A DNA stretch of 25,990 nt from a virus (Duplodnaviria; Heunggongvirae; Uroviricota; Caudoviricetes), in the IMG/VR virus record IMGVR_UViG_648276652_000014, positions 1 through 25,990 of that record, one strand, 5' to 3'. Position numbers and translations under genes: made by a program. The notes below the pieces were generated by a model, which had not been told where the DNA came from, ran no database searches, and was given only the letters and a program-made list of their open reading frames with translations. Of this stretch, positions 1 through 9,766 are shown piece after piece. Within the stretch, counting starts at the first letter, position 1. Each line of letters begins with the position of its first letter.

Positions 1-2403
<2,403 letters not shown>

Positions 2404-2404
<1 letters not shown>

Positions 2405-2730
2405 TGACGACGTTAACTCAATGCCAGCAGCAGGTGCTGGATATGCTGATTTCTTACCAGAAAGAGCGTGGCTTTCCGCCAACCAATCAGGAGGTGGCAA
2501 CCATGCTGGGATACCGTTCAGTGAATGCAGCGGTGGAGCATCTTCGCGCACTGGAGAAAAAAGGCGTCATCACGATAAAGCGTGGCGTGGCCCGGGGGAT
2601 AACGCTTCATACCGCGGTGAAGGACGACGACAGCGAGGCGGTCGGGATTATCCGCTCACTGCTTGCCGGTGAGGAAAACGCCAGGCTGCGTGCAGCCCAC
2701 TGGTTACATGAGAGGGAGCTGAAAGTATGA
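2404..2730 (+). CDS. LexA-like winged-helix DNA-binding protein with no peptidase domain
   Basis: MTTLTQCQQQVLDMLISYQKERGFPPTNQEVATMLGYRSVNAAVEHLRALEKKGVI aligns by eye with the LexA N-terminal domain, including the recognition-helix residues (SPNAAEEHLKAL in LexA). It is only ~109 aa and has no S24 peptidase Ser/Lys region. Start taken at the ATG at 2404 inside track ORF 2371-2730. Confidence 0.7.
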
Positions 2731-3116
2731 AGCTAATACTGCCTTTTCCGCCCAGCGTGAACACGTACTGGCGACACCCCAACCAAGGGGCGTTTGCAGG
2801 TAAGAGCCTGATAAGCGCGGCGGGGCGCAAATTCCAGAGCGCGGCGTGTGCAGCAATAGTTGAGCAGTTACGTCGTCTGCCAAAACCAACGTCGGCACCT
2901 GCTTCAGTGGAGATCGTGTTGTTTCCTCCGGATAACCGGATCCGCGATCTGGACAACTATAACAAGGCGCTGTTTGACGCCCTGACCCACGCGGGTGTGT
3001 GGGAAGACGACAGTCAGGTGAAAAGAATGCTGGTGGAGTGGGGACCGGTTATCCCGGAAGGGAAGGTCGAGATCACTATCAGTAAGTACGAGAAAACGGC
3101 GGGTGCAGCCGCCTGA
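2727..3116 (+). CDS. rusA: Holliday-junction resolvase RusA
   Basis: 129 aa with PFPPSVNTYWRH near the N-terminus and the catalytic-region motif RDLDNYNKALFDALTHAGVWEDDSQV typical of RusA. The start overlaps the previous stop (ATGA). Confidence 0.85.
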   Translation: MKLILPFPPSVNTYWRHPNQGAFAGKSLISAAGRKFQSAACAAIVEQLRRLPKPTSAPASVEIVLFPPDNRIRDLDNYNKALFDALTHAGVWEDDSQVKRMLVEWGPVIPEGKVEITISKYEKTAGAAA

Positions 3117-3135
3117 TCAAGAGGAGAAACGAAGT

Positions 3136-3945
3136 ATGAATAATCTGATGGTCATTGATGGTATTGAAGTTCGTCGTGATGCTTATGGGCGTTACAGCCT
3201 GAACGATCTGCACAGGGCAGCCGGGGGAGAACAAAAAAACCGCCCGAAATACTGGCTCTCCAATAAGCAAACCTGTGAATTGATTGAACAACTTTTCACC
3301 GAGGGTGGAATTCCACCTCTGGAACAAAATCAACCAGTTAGCGTCATTAATGGCGGAAATAACCAGGGGACGTATGTCTGCAAAGAACTGGTGTATGCCT
3401 ATGCAATGTGGATCAGCCCGTCATTCCATCTGAAGGTGATCCGTACTTTCGATATGGTAACCAGCGCATCGGAAAAATTATCCGGGCAGGCTGCTGACAA
3501 GATGCAGGCTGGAGTGATTCTGCTGGACTTTATGCGCAGGGAGTTAAACCTGTCTAACTCTTCAGTGCTTGGTGCCTGTCAGAAACTCCAGGAGGCTGTT
3601 GGCTTACCGAATCTGGCACCGCGCTATGCCATTGATGCTCCTGCTGATGCACACGATGGCTCAAGTCGCCCGACACTGTCACTGAGTGCACTGCTGAAAC
3701 AGTATGGTATCCGCCTGACGGCTAATCAGGCATATCACCAGATGGTGAAACTGGGGATCGTCGAGCAGCGCGAACGATACAGCCGTACCGCGATTAACAA
3801 CATCAAAAAATTCTGGTCGCTGACAGCGAAAGGTTGCATGTTCGGCAAGAACATCACCAGTCCCGCAAATCCGCGCGAGACGCAGCCGCATTTCTTCGAA
3901 TCCCGATTCCCTGAGCTGTTAAAGCTGCTCGATACCGTTCATTGA
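3136..3945 (+). CDS. KilA-N domain protein (antirepressor/Bro-like)
   Basis: N-terminus VIDGIEVRRDAYGRYSLNDLHRAAGGEQKNRPKYWLSNKQTCELIEQL matches the KilA-N DNA-binding domain pattern. Start chosen at ATG 3136, which has an AGAGGAG ribosome-binding site at 3119-3125; the track ORF begins upstream at 3103. Confidence 0.75.
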   Translation: MNNLMVIDGIEVRRDAYGRYSLNDLHRAAGGEQKNRPKYWLSNKQTCELIEQLFTEGGIPPLEQNQPVSVINGGNNQGTYVCKELVYAYAMWISPSFHLKVIRTFDMVTSASEKLSGQAADKMQAGVILLDFMRRELNLSNSSVLGACQKLQEAVGLPNLAPRYAIDAPADAHDGSSRPTLSLSALLKQYGIRLTANQAYHQMVKLGIVEQRERYSRTAINNIKKFWSLTAKGCMFGKNITSPANPRETQPHFFESRFPELLKLLDTVH

Positions 3946-3946
3946 G

Positions 3947-4948
3947 GTGATCGTGAGAGCACTACTGACCCCTGAAATTGCCCCGCGTATGGGGATCGTA
4001 TTGTTCAGGCCAGGTTCAGAGCTGATGCCCCTGTTTATGCAGGGGCGTGTCCTGCTGGAGCCTGAGCCGGAGCGTTATTCATCTTTCGCCAGTGGTGCCG
4101 TTCCGGCGGCATCACAACCGCTGGCGGATGATCCTGCCGTTCGGGCCGTGTTCCGCAATGAGGCAGTGATCCGTCGTGCTGGTGGCGTGGAATGTCTTGA
4201 AAGCTGGTTACTTCGTGAAAAAGGCTGCCAGTGGCCTCATTCCGACTGGCACAGCGAGAACATGACCACAATGCGGCACGCGCCGGGCGCAATCCGTCTG
4301 TGCTGGCACTGCGATAACCAGTTGCGCGATCAGTTCACGGAACGGCTGGAATCAATGGCAACGGATAACTGTGCCCGCTGGGTGTTATCTGTTGTGCGCC
4401 GTGATCTCGGTTTTGATGATAGTCACGTTGTGACAATGCCGGAACTGTGCTGGTGGCTGGTTCGTAATGACCTGGCGGATGCCTTACCGGAAAGTGCAGC
4501 CCGTAAGGCACTGAGATTACCGAAGCCTGTTGTGCCGTCTGTTACCCGGGAAAGTGACCTTGTGCCTTCGGTTCCTGCCACCAGCATCATCCAGGATAAA
4601 GCGAAAAAGGTGCTGGCGCTGAAAGTGGATCCGGAGTCGCCGGAGTCTTTTATGTTACGCCCAAAACGTCGCCGCTGGGTTAATGAAAAGTACACGCGCT
4701 GGGTTAAGACACAGCCGTGTGCATGTTGTGGAAAGCCTGCTGATGATCCCCACCACCTGATAGGTCACGGTCAGGGTGGAATGGGAACAAAAGCGCATGA
4801 CCTCTTTGTGTTGCCTTTGTGCAGAAAGCATCACGACGAGCTGCATGCGGATACCGTGGCATTTGAAGAGATGTATGGCTCCCAGCTGGAGCTGATATTT
4901 CGTTTTATCGATCGTGCGCTGGCGATCGGCGTAATTGCGACAGCTTAA
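3947..4948 (+). CDS. DUF968-like phage protein with a C-terminal Cys/His-rich motif
   Basis: C-terminus CACCGKPADDPHHLIGHGQGGMGTKAHDLFVLPLCRKHHDELH matches my recollection of the DUF968 (YdfU-like) family found upstream of Q in lambdoid prophages. The start is uncertain: GTG at 3947 or 3953, or ATG at 3989. Confidence 0.55.
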   Translation: MIVRALLTPEIAPRMGIVLFRPGSELMPLFMQGRVLLEPEPERYSSFASGAVPAASQPLADDPAVRAVFRNEAVIRRAGGVECLESWLLREKGCQWPHSDWHSENMTTMRHAPGAIRLCWHCDNQLRDQFTERLESMATDNCARWVLSVVRRDLGFDDSHVVTMPELCWWLVRNDLADALPESAARKALRLPKPVVPSVTRESDLVPSVPATSIIQDKAKKVLALKVDPESPESFMLRPKRRRWVNEKYTRWVKTQPCACCGKPADDPHHLIGHGQGGMGTKAHDLFVLPLCRKHHDELHADTVAFEEMYGSQLELIFRFIDRALAIGVIATA

Positions 4949-5659
4949 GTGTATGGAGCGCTGAGAAGTATGAATCAACAAGACTTGAATTTTGTCAGAA
5001 TAGAACTACGTCGTGCGCTGTTTGACTTCTCTGGGGGGACAAAAGGGCAGCTTGAGGCTTTCACTGAACACCCACCAGCAGACAAAAATGCCACTCCACG
5101 CCGTGGAATTCATCTTGTCGAACTCGAAGGTGATAAGGGACCACGCTTTGTTAACTCGCTTTCCGCGCCATTGTACGTGCAAGAAACACGTAGCCGCCCC
5201 AGGCCAATGCCGCCGATAAAAGATGTAGAATTTGAGTCCGCGCCGTGGCGTAGGGCAGTGTCCGCGCTTAGTGGATACCAGCAGGCTTGGTTGCGGTACT
5301 GTTACGGTTTTGACCTTAACTATACGCACCAGGTGATGATGTGTGAATACGTCTGGAAGGCTTATCAGAAATGCTTGGGTGAAAACTCACTTCAGGAGCG
5401 CGTAGTAAAAAAACTAATAGGCCTAGTATGGCTTGCAGGACAGGAAATTGCTGCAACCCGAAACAATGAAACCTATAAAGACTACGCTGGTGCGGCGCTG
5501 GCCCGTATGGTTAGCGTTGACCGTTCGACATGGTTGCGCGTCTATTCAGGCCACTGGGCTGGGTTAAAGGCCGCTTTTACCCAGCTTGATGAGTCTGCGC
5601 TGGCCATGGCTCTTGAATACTATGAGGATGAAGAAGCTCTCAAAGTGGGAGAAATATGA
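4949..5659 (+). CDS. Late-gene antiterminator Q-like protein (assigned by position)
   Basis: 236-aa ORF placed between the DUF968-like gene and the AT-rich intergenic region that precedes the lysis cassette, which is the position of Q/quuQ in lambdoid and Qin-type prophages. I cannot confirm the family from sequence alone. Start is GTG 4949 or ATG 4970. Confidence 0.45.
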   Translation: MYGALRSMNQQDLNFVRIELRRALFDFSGGTKGQLEAFTEHPPADKNATPRRGIHLVELEGDKGPRFVNSLSAPLYVQETRSRPRPMPPIKDVEFESAPWRRAVSALSGYQQAWLRYCYGFDLNYTHQVMMCEYVWKAYQKCLGENSLQERVVKKLIGLVWLAGQEIAATRNNETYKDYAGAALARMVSVDRSTWLRVYSGHWAGLKAAFTQLDESALAMALEYYEDEEALKVGEI

Positions 5660-5816
5660 CGTAAATTTCACTATCTCCTTCAAACGCGCTTGCAAAATAC
5701 AACAAAATAAGCCATATTGGAAGCATATTTGATATGTTGCCAAAGTTTTATAAACCCGCCGACGAGCAGGTTTTTTGATATGCGACATAACCTATAACAT
5801 TTTTTATAAAATAAAA

Positions 5817-5822
5817 TATAAT
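5817..5822 (+). promoter_or_regulatory. Candidate -10 hexamer (TATAAT) upstream of the moron ORF, within the expected late-promoter/qut region
   Basis: A perfect TATAAT lies about 30 nt upstream of the ATG at 5853, but there is no convincing -35. A second candidate is TTGCAA, a 17-nt spacer, then CATATT at 5689-5717. AT-rich sequence produces such matches by chance. Confidence 0.2.
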
Positions 5823-5852
5823 TGCTTTACCATTATCCTGTGAGTTGAGCAA

Positions 5853-6638
5853 ATGTATATATTTGAATTGACCAAACCTGGCAACTGGCTTGAAAGTGAA
5901 GACAAAGAGTGGTCTTGGAAAATAGAACGGCTTTTGGACCATCTTGAATTTGCATTTTATGAGGCTAATGTTGCATTAAATTTATTTATGCAGCAGCAAA
6001 ACAATCAAATAGAACAACAAGGGGTTTCGCAATTGCAATGGGAAAAAGAAATGCAAGAACGAAGAACCATCGAAACACTAGTTCGTGAGGAGTTAGGTTT
6101 ATCCCCTTTTGAGAATCCTGAAAACATACAATTTGAGGTGGACGCGAGGTTTAAACGAGAAAAGTGGAGTTCTGGTGAAATTCCACGTAGCCACAAACAT
6201 TGTGTGATTTTTATTTATGCAAAATCTTTTCTTTATTCTCTTGATACTATTGATAAATTTATAAAGGTTATTTCGAATGAACCTTATGCTCCTGAGTCGA
6301 TAAAAGCCCTACACGATCAGATAGGTAAAGATTTTCCTGATCTCAGAGGGGTTAGGAATTCAACTCAACACCTCGAAGATAGGGCTCGAGGGCTTGGCGC
6401 AGGGAGAGAACCGAAGCCTTTGAATCTCCAGCCTATAAGTAATACCTTCATAAATGCACCGCAAGGTGCTTTGATATTAAATAATCTGAATGGCACCAAA
6501 TTCGGGTCAACTATGTCTGATGGTCACTATGGTGAAGTGGACATTTCACCTGAATCGTTATCAAAAATGCAAAGTATTGTTCAGGGCGTTCTTGACTCGT
6601 TTAAGTGGGTTGGTAATCAGCAACACTTACCAAGTTAA
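5853..6638 (+). CDS. Hypothetical moron protein, 261 aa, with an R-N-x3-H (HEPN-like) motif
   Basis: Long ORF in a visibly AT-rich island between the Q-like gene and the lysis genes, followed by an intrinsic terminator. It contains R168-N-S-T-Q-H173 (nt 6354-6371). I recognise no other family signature. Confidence 0.65.
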   Translation: MYIFELTKPGNWLESEDKEWSWKIERLLDHLEFAFYEANVALNLFMQQQNNQIEQQGVSQLQWEKEMQERRTIETLVREELGLSPFENPENIQFEVDARFKREKWSSGEIPRSHKHCVIFIYAKSFLYSLDTIDKFIKVISNEPYAPESIKALHDQIGKDFPDLRGVRNSTQHLEDRARGLGAGREPKPLNLQPISNTFINAPQGALILNNLNGTKFGSTMSDGHYGEVDISPESLSKMQSIVQGVLDSFKWVGNQQHLPS

Positions 6639-6660
6639 CTAAACTTAATTATTCATATTA

Positions 6661-6685
6661 AGGCTGCCATATGGCGGCCTTTTTA
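6661..6685 (+). terminator. Rho-independent terminator after the moron ORF
   Basis: Stem AGGCTGCC (6661-6668), loop ATAT, stem GGCGGCCT (6673-6680): 8 bp with one G-U pair, followed by TTTT. Confidence 0.6.
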
Positions 6686-6731
6686 TTCCCTTCACTTTTG
6701 AGAGGATTCACAGCAATTAAGAGGGGGCTAA

Positions 6732-6983
6732 ATGTCCGATCCGATTTCCGGCACAGGGTTAGCTGCTGGAGTCCTGACAGGCGCTAGTGTTTATGGACTG
6801 CTGACCGGAACTGATTACGGTGTTGTATTTGGCGCATTTGCAGGGGCTGTATTCTACATCGCAACAGCAGCAGATCTGAGTTTATCGCGTCGACTGGCAT
6901 TATTTTATCGTGTCGTATATTGCCGGAATCCTGTGCTCTGGGTTGGTTGGCTCCAAGCTGGCAAACTTGACCGGATACAGTGA
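6732..6983 (+). CDS. Holin-like membrane protein, ORF A (two predicted transmembrane segments); possibly the 5' part of a frameshifted gene
   Basis: Strong ribosome-binding site GAGGGGG before ATG 6732. The N-terminal 50 aa are Gly/Ala-rich and hydrophobic (GLAAGVLTGASVYGLLTG, GVVFGAFAGAVFYIATAA). The C-terminal 30 aa in this frame look non-native. Confidence 0.5.
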   Translation: MSDPISGTGLAAGVLTGASVYGLLTGTDYGVVFGAFAGAVFYIATAADLSLSRRLALFYRVVYCRNPVLWVGWLQAGKLDRIQ

Positions 6984-7119
6984 TAAACCTCTGGATGCTA
7001 TTGGTGCCGTAATCGTCTCTGCTTTAGCCGTTAAAATCCTGACGTTTCTGAATAACCAGGATATCGGTTCGCTGGTGGCGCTTATAACGCGCCGGGGAGG
7101 TTCAGGTGGAGCTAAATGA
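6910..7119 (+). CDS. Holin-like membrane protein, ORF B; possibly the 3' part of the same gene in another frame
   Basis: Reading frame is open from 6880. It has two hydrophobic segments and a charged tail, NQDIGSLVALITRRGGSGGAK, that resembles the lambda S C-terminus (DSIGSLIKRFAAKKAG). There is only a GTG start and no ribosome-binding site. Confidence 0.4.
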   Translation: MSYIAGILCSGLVGSKLANLTGYSDKPLDAIGAVIVSALAVKILTFLNNQDIGSLVALITRRGGSGGAK

Positions 7120-7387
7120 CCCGACAGCAACTATAAATGCGCTGTTATGTGCTTGTGTTGTTATTACTCTGATGTTTTATCGTCGTGGTGATTCGCGGCA
7201 TCGTCCTTGGGTTTCACGTTTAGCCTGGCTGATTACTGTTACATACAGTGCTGTTCCGTTGGCCTATCTCTGTGGGATTTATCCCCATTCCTCATGGCCC
7301 ATTATCGTGGCGAATACTATTTTTCTTTCCGTGCTGGTGGCCGTCAGAGGCAACGTTGCACGTCTGGTTGATCATCTGAGGCACTAA
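7106..7387 (+). CDS. Holin/antiholin-like membrane protein, ORF C (three predicted transmembrane segments)
   Basis: GTG start at 7106 preceded by GGGGAGG at 7094-7100. 93 aa with three hydrophobic helices. It ends exactly where the endolysin gene starts. Confidence 0.6.
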   Translation: MELNDPTATINALLCACVVITLMFYRRGDSRHRPWVSRLAWLITVTYSAVPLAYLCGIYPHSSWPIIVANTIFLSVLVAVRGNVARLVDHLRH

Positions 7388-8001
7388 TGAACCAACAATT
7401 ATTTCAAAAGGCGGCTGGTATTAGCGCCGGGCTGGCTGCGCGCTGGTTTCCGCACATTGATGCGGCGATGAAGGAATTCGGCATTACAGCACCAGCGGAT
7501 CAGGCAATGTTTATCGCTCAGGTAGGCCATGAGTCGATGGGGTTTAGCGCCGTAGTTGAAAATTTTAACTACACACCATCTGCGCTGGTGGCGTCGTTCG
7601 GAAAGAGGATTACACAGCAGCAGGCTGATGCCCTTGGCAGAACATCCGGACATGCAGCTCGTCAGGATGCTATTGCCAATCTTGTGTATAGCAACCGACT
7701 GGGTAACAAAGCACCAGGTGATGGCTGGAAATATCGTGGTAGAGGATTAATTCAAATCACTGGCCTCCATAATTATCGCATCTGTGGCGCGGCGCTGAAG
7801 TTAGATCTGGTGACTTCACCTGAACAACTGGAACAGGAGCTACAGGCCGCGCGCTCAGCTGCATGGTTCTACACCTCTAAAGGTTGCATGGTCTACGGTA
7901 CCGATATTAATCGTGTTACGCGCATCATTAACGGCGGTCTGAACGGTATTGAGGATCGTAAGGTTCGATACAACAAGGCGCGGGCGGCGCTGCTGGTATG
8001 A
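7387..8001 (+). CDS. Endolysin, glycoside hydrolase family 19 (chitinase-like lysozyme)
   Basis: Contains AQVGHESMGF and YRGRGLIQITGLHNY, which match the GH19 catalytic signatures (compare YGRGPIQLSWNYNY). Ribosome-binding site GAGG precedes the ATG. Confidence 0.85.
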   Translation: MNQQLFQKAAGISAGLAARWFPHIDAAMKEFGITAPADQAMFIAQVGHESMGFSAVVENFNYTPSALVASFGKRITQQQADALGRTSGHAARQDAIANLVYSNRLGNKAPGDGWKYRGRGLIQITGLHNYRICGAALKLDLVTSPEQLEQELQAARSAAWFYTSKGCMVYGTDINRVTRIINGGLNGIEDRKVRYNKARAALLV

Positions 8002-8390
8002 AGATGAGTTATTGGGCGCTCATTTTAACGTTTATTGCTTGTATTGCTGGTGGTCTTGTTTGGTCAGCGAATCACTATCATGGAAAGTTTCTGGAGGAGC
8101 AGAAGCGTGCTGACGCTGCGGAACAGCGAGCTGATTCTACTGAGGCTATCACCGCGAATGTTCTGCGTACTATGGCAATAACGAACATCATTCAGGAGGC
8201 GAATCAATATGCAAAACAGCAGATCGCACTGGAGTCACAGAGAACCCAGGAAGATATCAAAGTGGCTGTTGCGGATGATGATTGTGCTTCACGTCCTGTG
8301 CCTGCTGCCGCTGCTGACCGGTTGCGGAAGTACGCGAACAGTTTACGTGAGCATTCCGAAGACTCCACTACCAGTCAGCTTGACTTCTGA
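7998..8390 (+). CDS. Rz-like inner-membrane spanin (i-spanin)
   Basis: N-terminal transmembrane helix (WALILTFIACIAGGLVW) followed by a charged, coiled-coil-like periplasmic domain. The start overlaps the endolysin stop. Confidence 0.8.
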   Translation: MKMSYWALILTFIACIAGGLVWSANHYHGKFLEEQKRADAAEQRADSTEAITANVLRTMAITNIIQEANQYAKQQIALESQRTQEDIKVAVADDDCASRPVPAAAADRLRKYANSLREHSEDSTTSQLDF

Positions 8391-8523
8391 TACACCTGTA
8401 CCGTTTATACCCAACCCACTGACGTATGGTGCAAGTCTTGATTTGAATGTAAGTTTGTTATCCGCGTTGGCTCAATGTAATAGGGATAAGTCTGATATCA
8501 GAATCATTGATAATCAAAATTGA
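8275..8523 (+). CDS. Rz1-like outer-membrane lipoprotein spanin (o-spanin)
   Basis: Signal peptide with lipobox LLTGC and a proline-rich mature region. It starts in the +1 frame inside Rz and runs past the Rz stop (overlapped architecture). Start chosen at the internal ATG 8275 of track ORF 8209-8523. Confidence 0.75.
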   Translation: MMIVLHVLCLLPLLTGCGSTRTVYVSIPKTPLPVSLTSDTPVPFIPNPLTYGASLDLNVSLLSALAQCNRDKSDIRIIDNQN

Positions 8524-8627
8524 TGTATATTTTTATCGTCATGTAGATAACGAACAAGGTATTCCTCTGATACGTTTCGTTGAATACAGGTCATGGGTAG
8601 GCATTGCAATATCGCTTCGAAATTATC

Positions 8628-8636
8628 TGTGATAAT
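8628..8636 (+). promoter_or_regulatory. Candidate extended -10 promoter (TGTGATAAT) for the second moron
   Basis: TGnGATAAT lies about 90 nt upstream of ATG 8727 in an AT-rich intergenic region. Weak evidence on its own. Confidence 0.25.
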
Positions 8637-8726
8637 GCTCTTAATTTTGAATGTATGTATTTGGGAAAAGAGATAAAGTAATAGTCTAATTAATGGAGAT
8701 ATCCACAAAACACAAAAGGGACTATT

Positions 8727-9233
8727 ATGCGACCAGATCAATTTTTCTATCCAGATACTTTTACCTTTAATTCATCCACCTATTATGGTCAACGTGACTC
8801 ATCTAAAGGTCGATTGTATATTCCTATTGAAAGTGACTTATGTCCATTTAATATCGGCGATATCATTGTGCAAAAAATGGTCGACAGGGAAAGACTATTT
8901 GAAGTGCTTGATTACGAGGTGCAAATTAGTCTCGAGGCTGGTTGCCCTGGCTACTCACATTTGGCGGTATTGATAGTGAAGGCATTGGATGTAAAAGAGA
9001 AGCCGAAGCAGATTACGACCCATTTGACGTTTAACGGTGCTATTAATGCTGGTGGTGATTTTCAAGCCGGTAATGACAATTCGATCACAAAGAATATAAC
9101 CATTCAACAACTACATGATGCTATAGAGCATTGCAATGATCCAGAGGTTAAAAGCCTTTGGCAAAAGCTATTGGAAAATCCGACGTTTGCTTCAATTGCT
9201 TCAATATTGGCAAAAAGTGCTTTAGGACAGTAA
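8727..9233 (+). CDS. Hypothetical moron protein, 168 aa, no recognised family
   Basis: ORF in an AT-rich island between the spanins and the HNH/terminase genes. Ribosome-binding site AAGGGA 5 nt before the ATG. An intrinsic terminator follows. Confidence 0.65.
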   Translation: MRPDQFFYPDTFTFNSSTYYGQRDSSKGRLYIPIESDLCPFNIGDIIVQKMVDRERLFEVLDYEVQISLEAGCPGYSHLAVLIVKALDVKEKPKQITTHLTFNGAINAGGDFQAGNDNSITKNITIQQLHDAIEHCNDPEVKSLWQKLLENPTFASIASILAKSALGQ

Positions 9234-9242
9234 TTCATCAAG

Positions 9243-9264
9243 CCCCATTCAATATGGGGTTTTT
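9243..9264 (+). terminator. Rho-independent terminator after the second moron
   Basis: Stem CCCCAT (9243-9248), loop TCAAT, stem ATGGGG (9254-9259), then TTTTT. Confidence 0.6.
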
Positions 9265-9290
9265 ATGCTTATTACAAAGAGTTTTCTTCA

Positions 9291-9641
9291 ATGCCACCAC
9301 GAACTCCAAAAGCCTGCCGTGTTCGCGGGTGCCGCCGTACCACCACTGACCCGTCAGGTTATTGCGAAAGCCACAAAAGCGAAGGCTGGAAGCAATACAA
9401 GCCAGGACAATCCCGTCATCAGCGCGGCTACGGTTCGAAGTGGGACGTTATCCGCGCGCGTGTGCTGAAACGTGACAAAGGTTTATGTCAGTTATGTCTG
9501 CGCGCTGGTGTGGTGCGTGAGGCGAAAACTGTTGACCACATCATCCCTAAAGCGCATGGCGGCACTGATGCCGACTGTAATCTGCAGAGTCTGTGCTGGC
9601 CGTGTCATAAGGCGAAGACGGCCCGTGAACGGCTTAAGTGA
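9291..9641 (+). CDS. HNH endonuclease (terminase-associated)
   Basis: Cys-rich HNH core (CRVRGC...CESH...DHIIPKAHGGTD...NLQSLCWPCH) in a 116-aa protein immediately upstream of the terminase genes, as in HK97-like cos phages. Confidence 0.85.
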   Translation: MPPRTPKACRVRGCRRTTTDPSGYCESHKSEGWKQYKPGQSRHQRGYGSKWDVIRARVLKRDKGLCQLCLRAGVVREAKTVDHIIPKAHGGTDADCNLQSLCWPCHKAKTARERLK

Positions 9642-9667
9642 TAATAATTCTCAACTGTCTGAGGGGA

Positions 9668-9727
9668 GGGGCGGGTCAAATCTCTGCGGCCTGACGTCTT
9701 CCGGACTGCCCGCCCCATCGTTTTTTT
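9668..9727 (+). promoter_or_regulatory. GC-rich inverted repeat plus T-run between the HNH and terS genes (terminator or cos-proximal element)
   Basis: GGGGCGGG at 9668-9675 pairs with CCCGCCCC at 9709-9716, with TTTTTTT at 9721-9727. The loop is long (~33 nt), so this is not a canonical terminator. Confidence 0.3.
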
Positions 9728-9766
9728 ATACCCGCGAAAAATGAAATTTAACCAGGAGTGCCGCAT

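Noticed and set aside
5752-5778. Possible terminator (tR'-like) at AAACC...GGTTTTTT
   Set aside because: Only a 5-bp A/T-rich stem with a 12-nt loop; too weak to call. Mentioned under the late-region finding only.
5564-5942. Two short - strand ORFs (5564-5788 and 5748-5942) in the region after the Q-like gene
   Set aside because: They overlap the AT-rich regulatory spacer and the start of the moron, and show no coding-like features.
8514-8741. 75-aa - strand ORF in the AT-rich intergenic region upstream of the second moron
   Set aside because: Lies in promoter-like AT-rich sequence with no ribosome-binding site; composition-driven ORF, opposite the orientation of every neighbouring gene.
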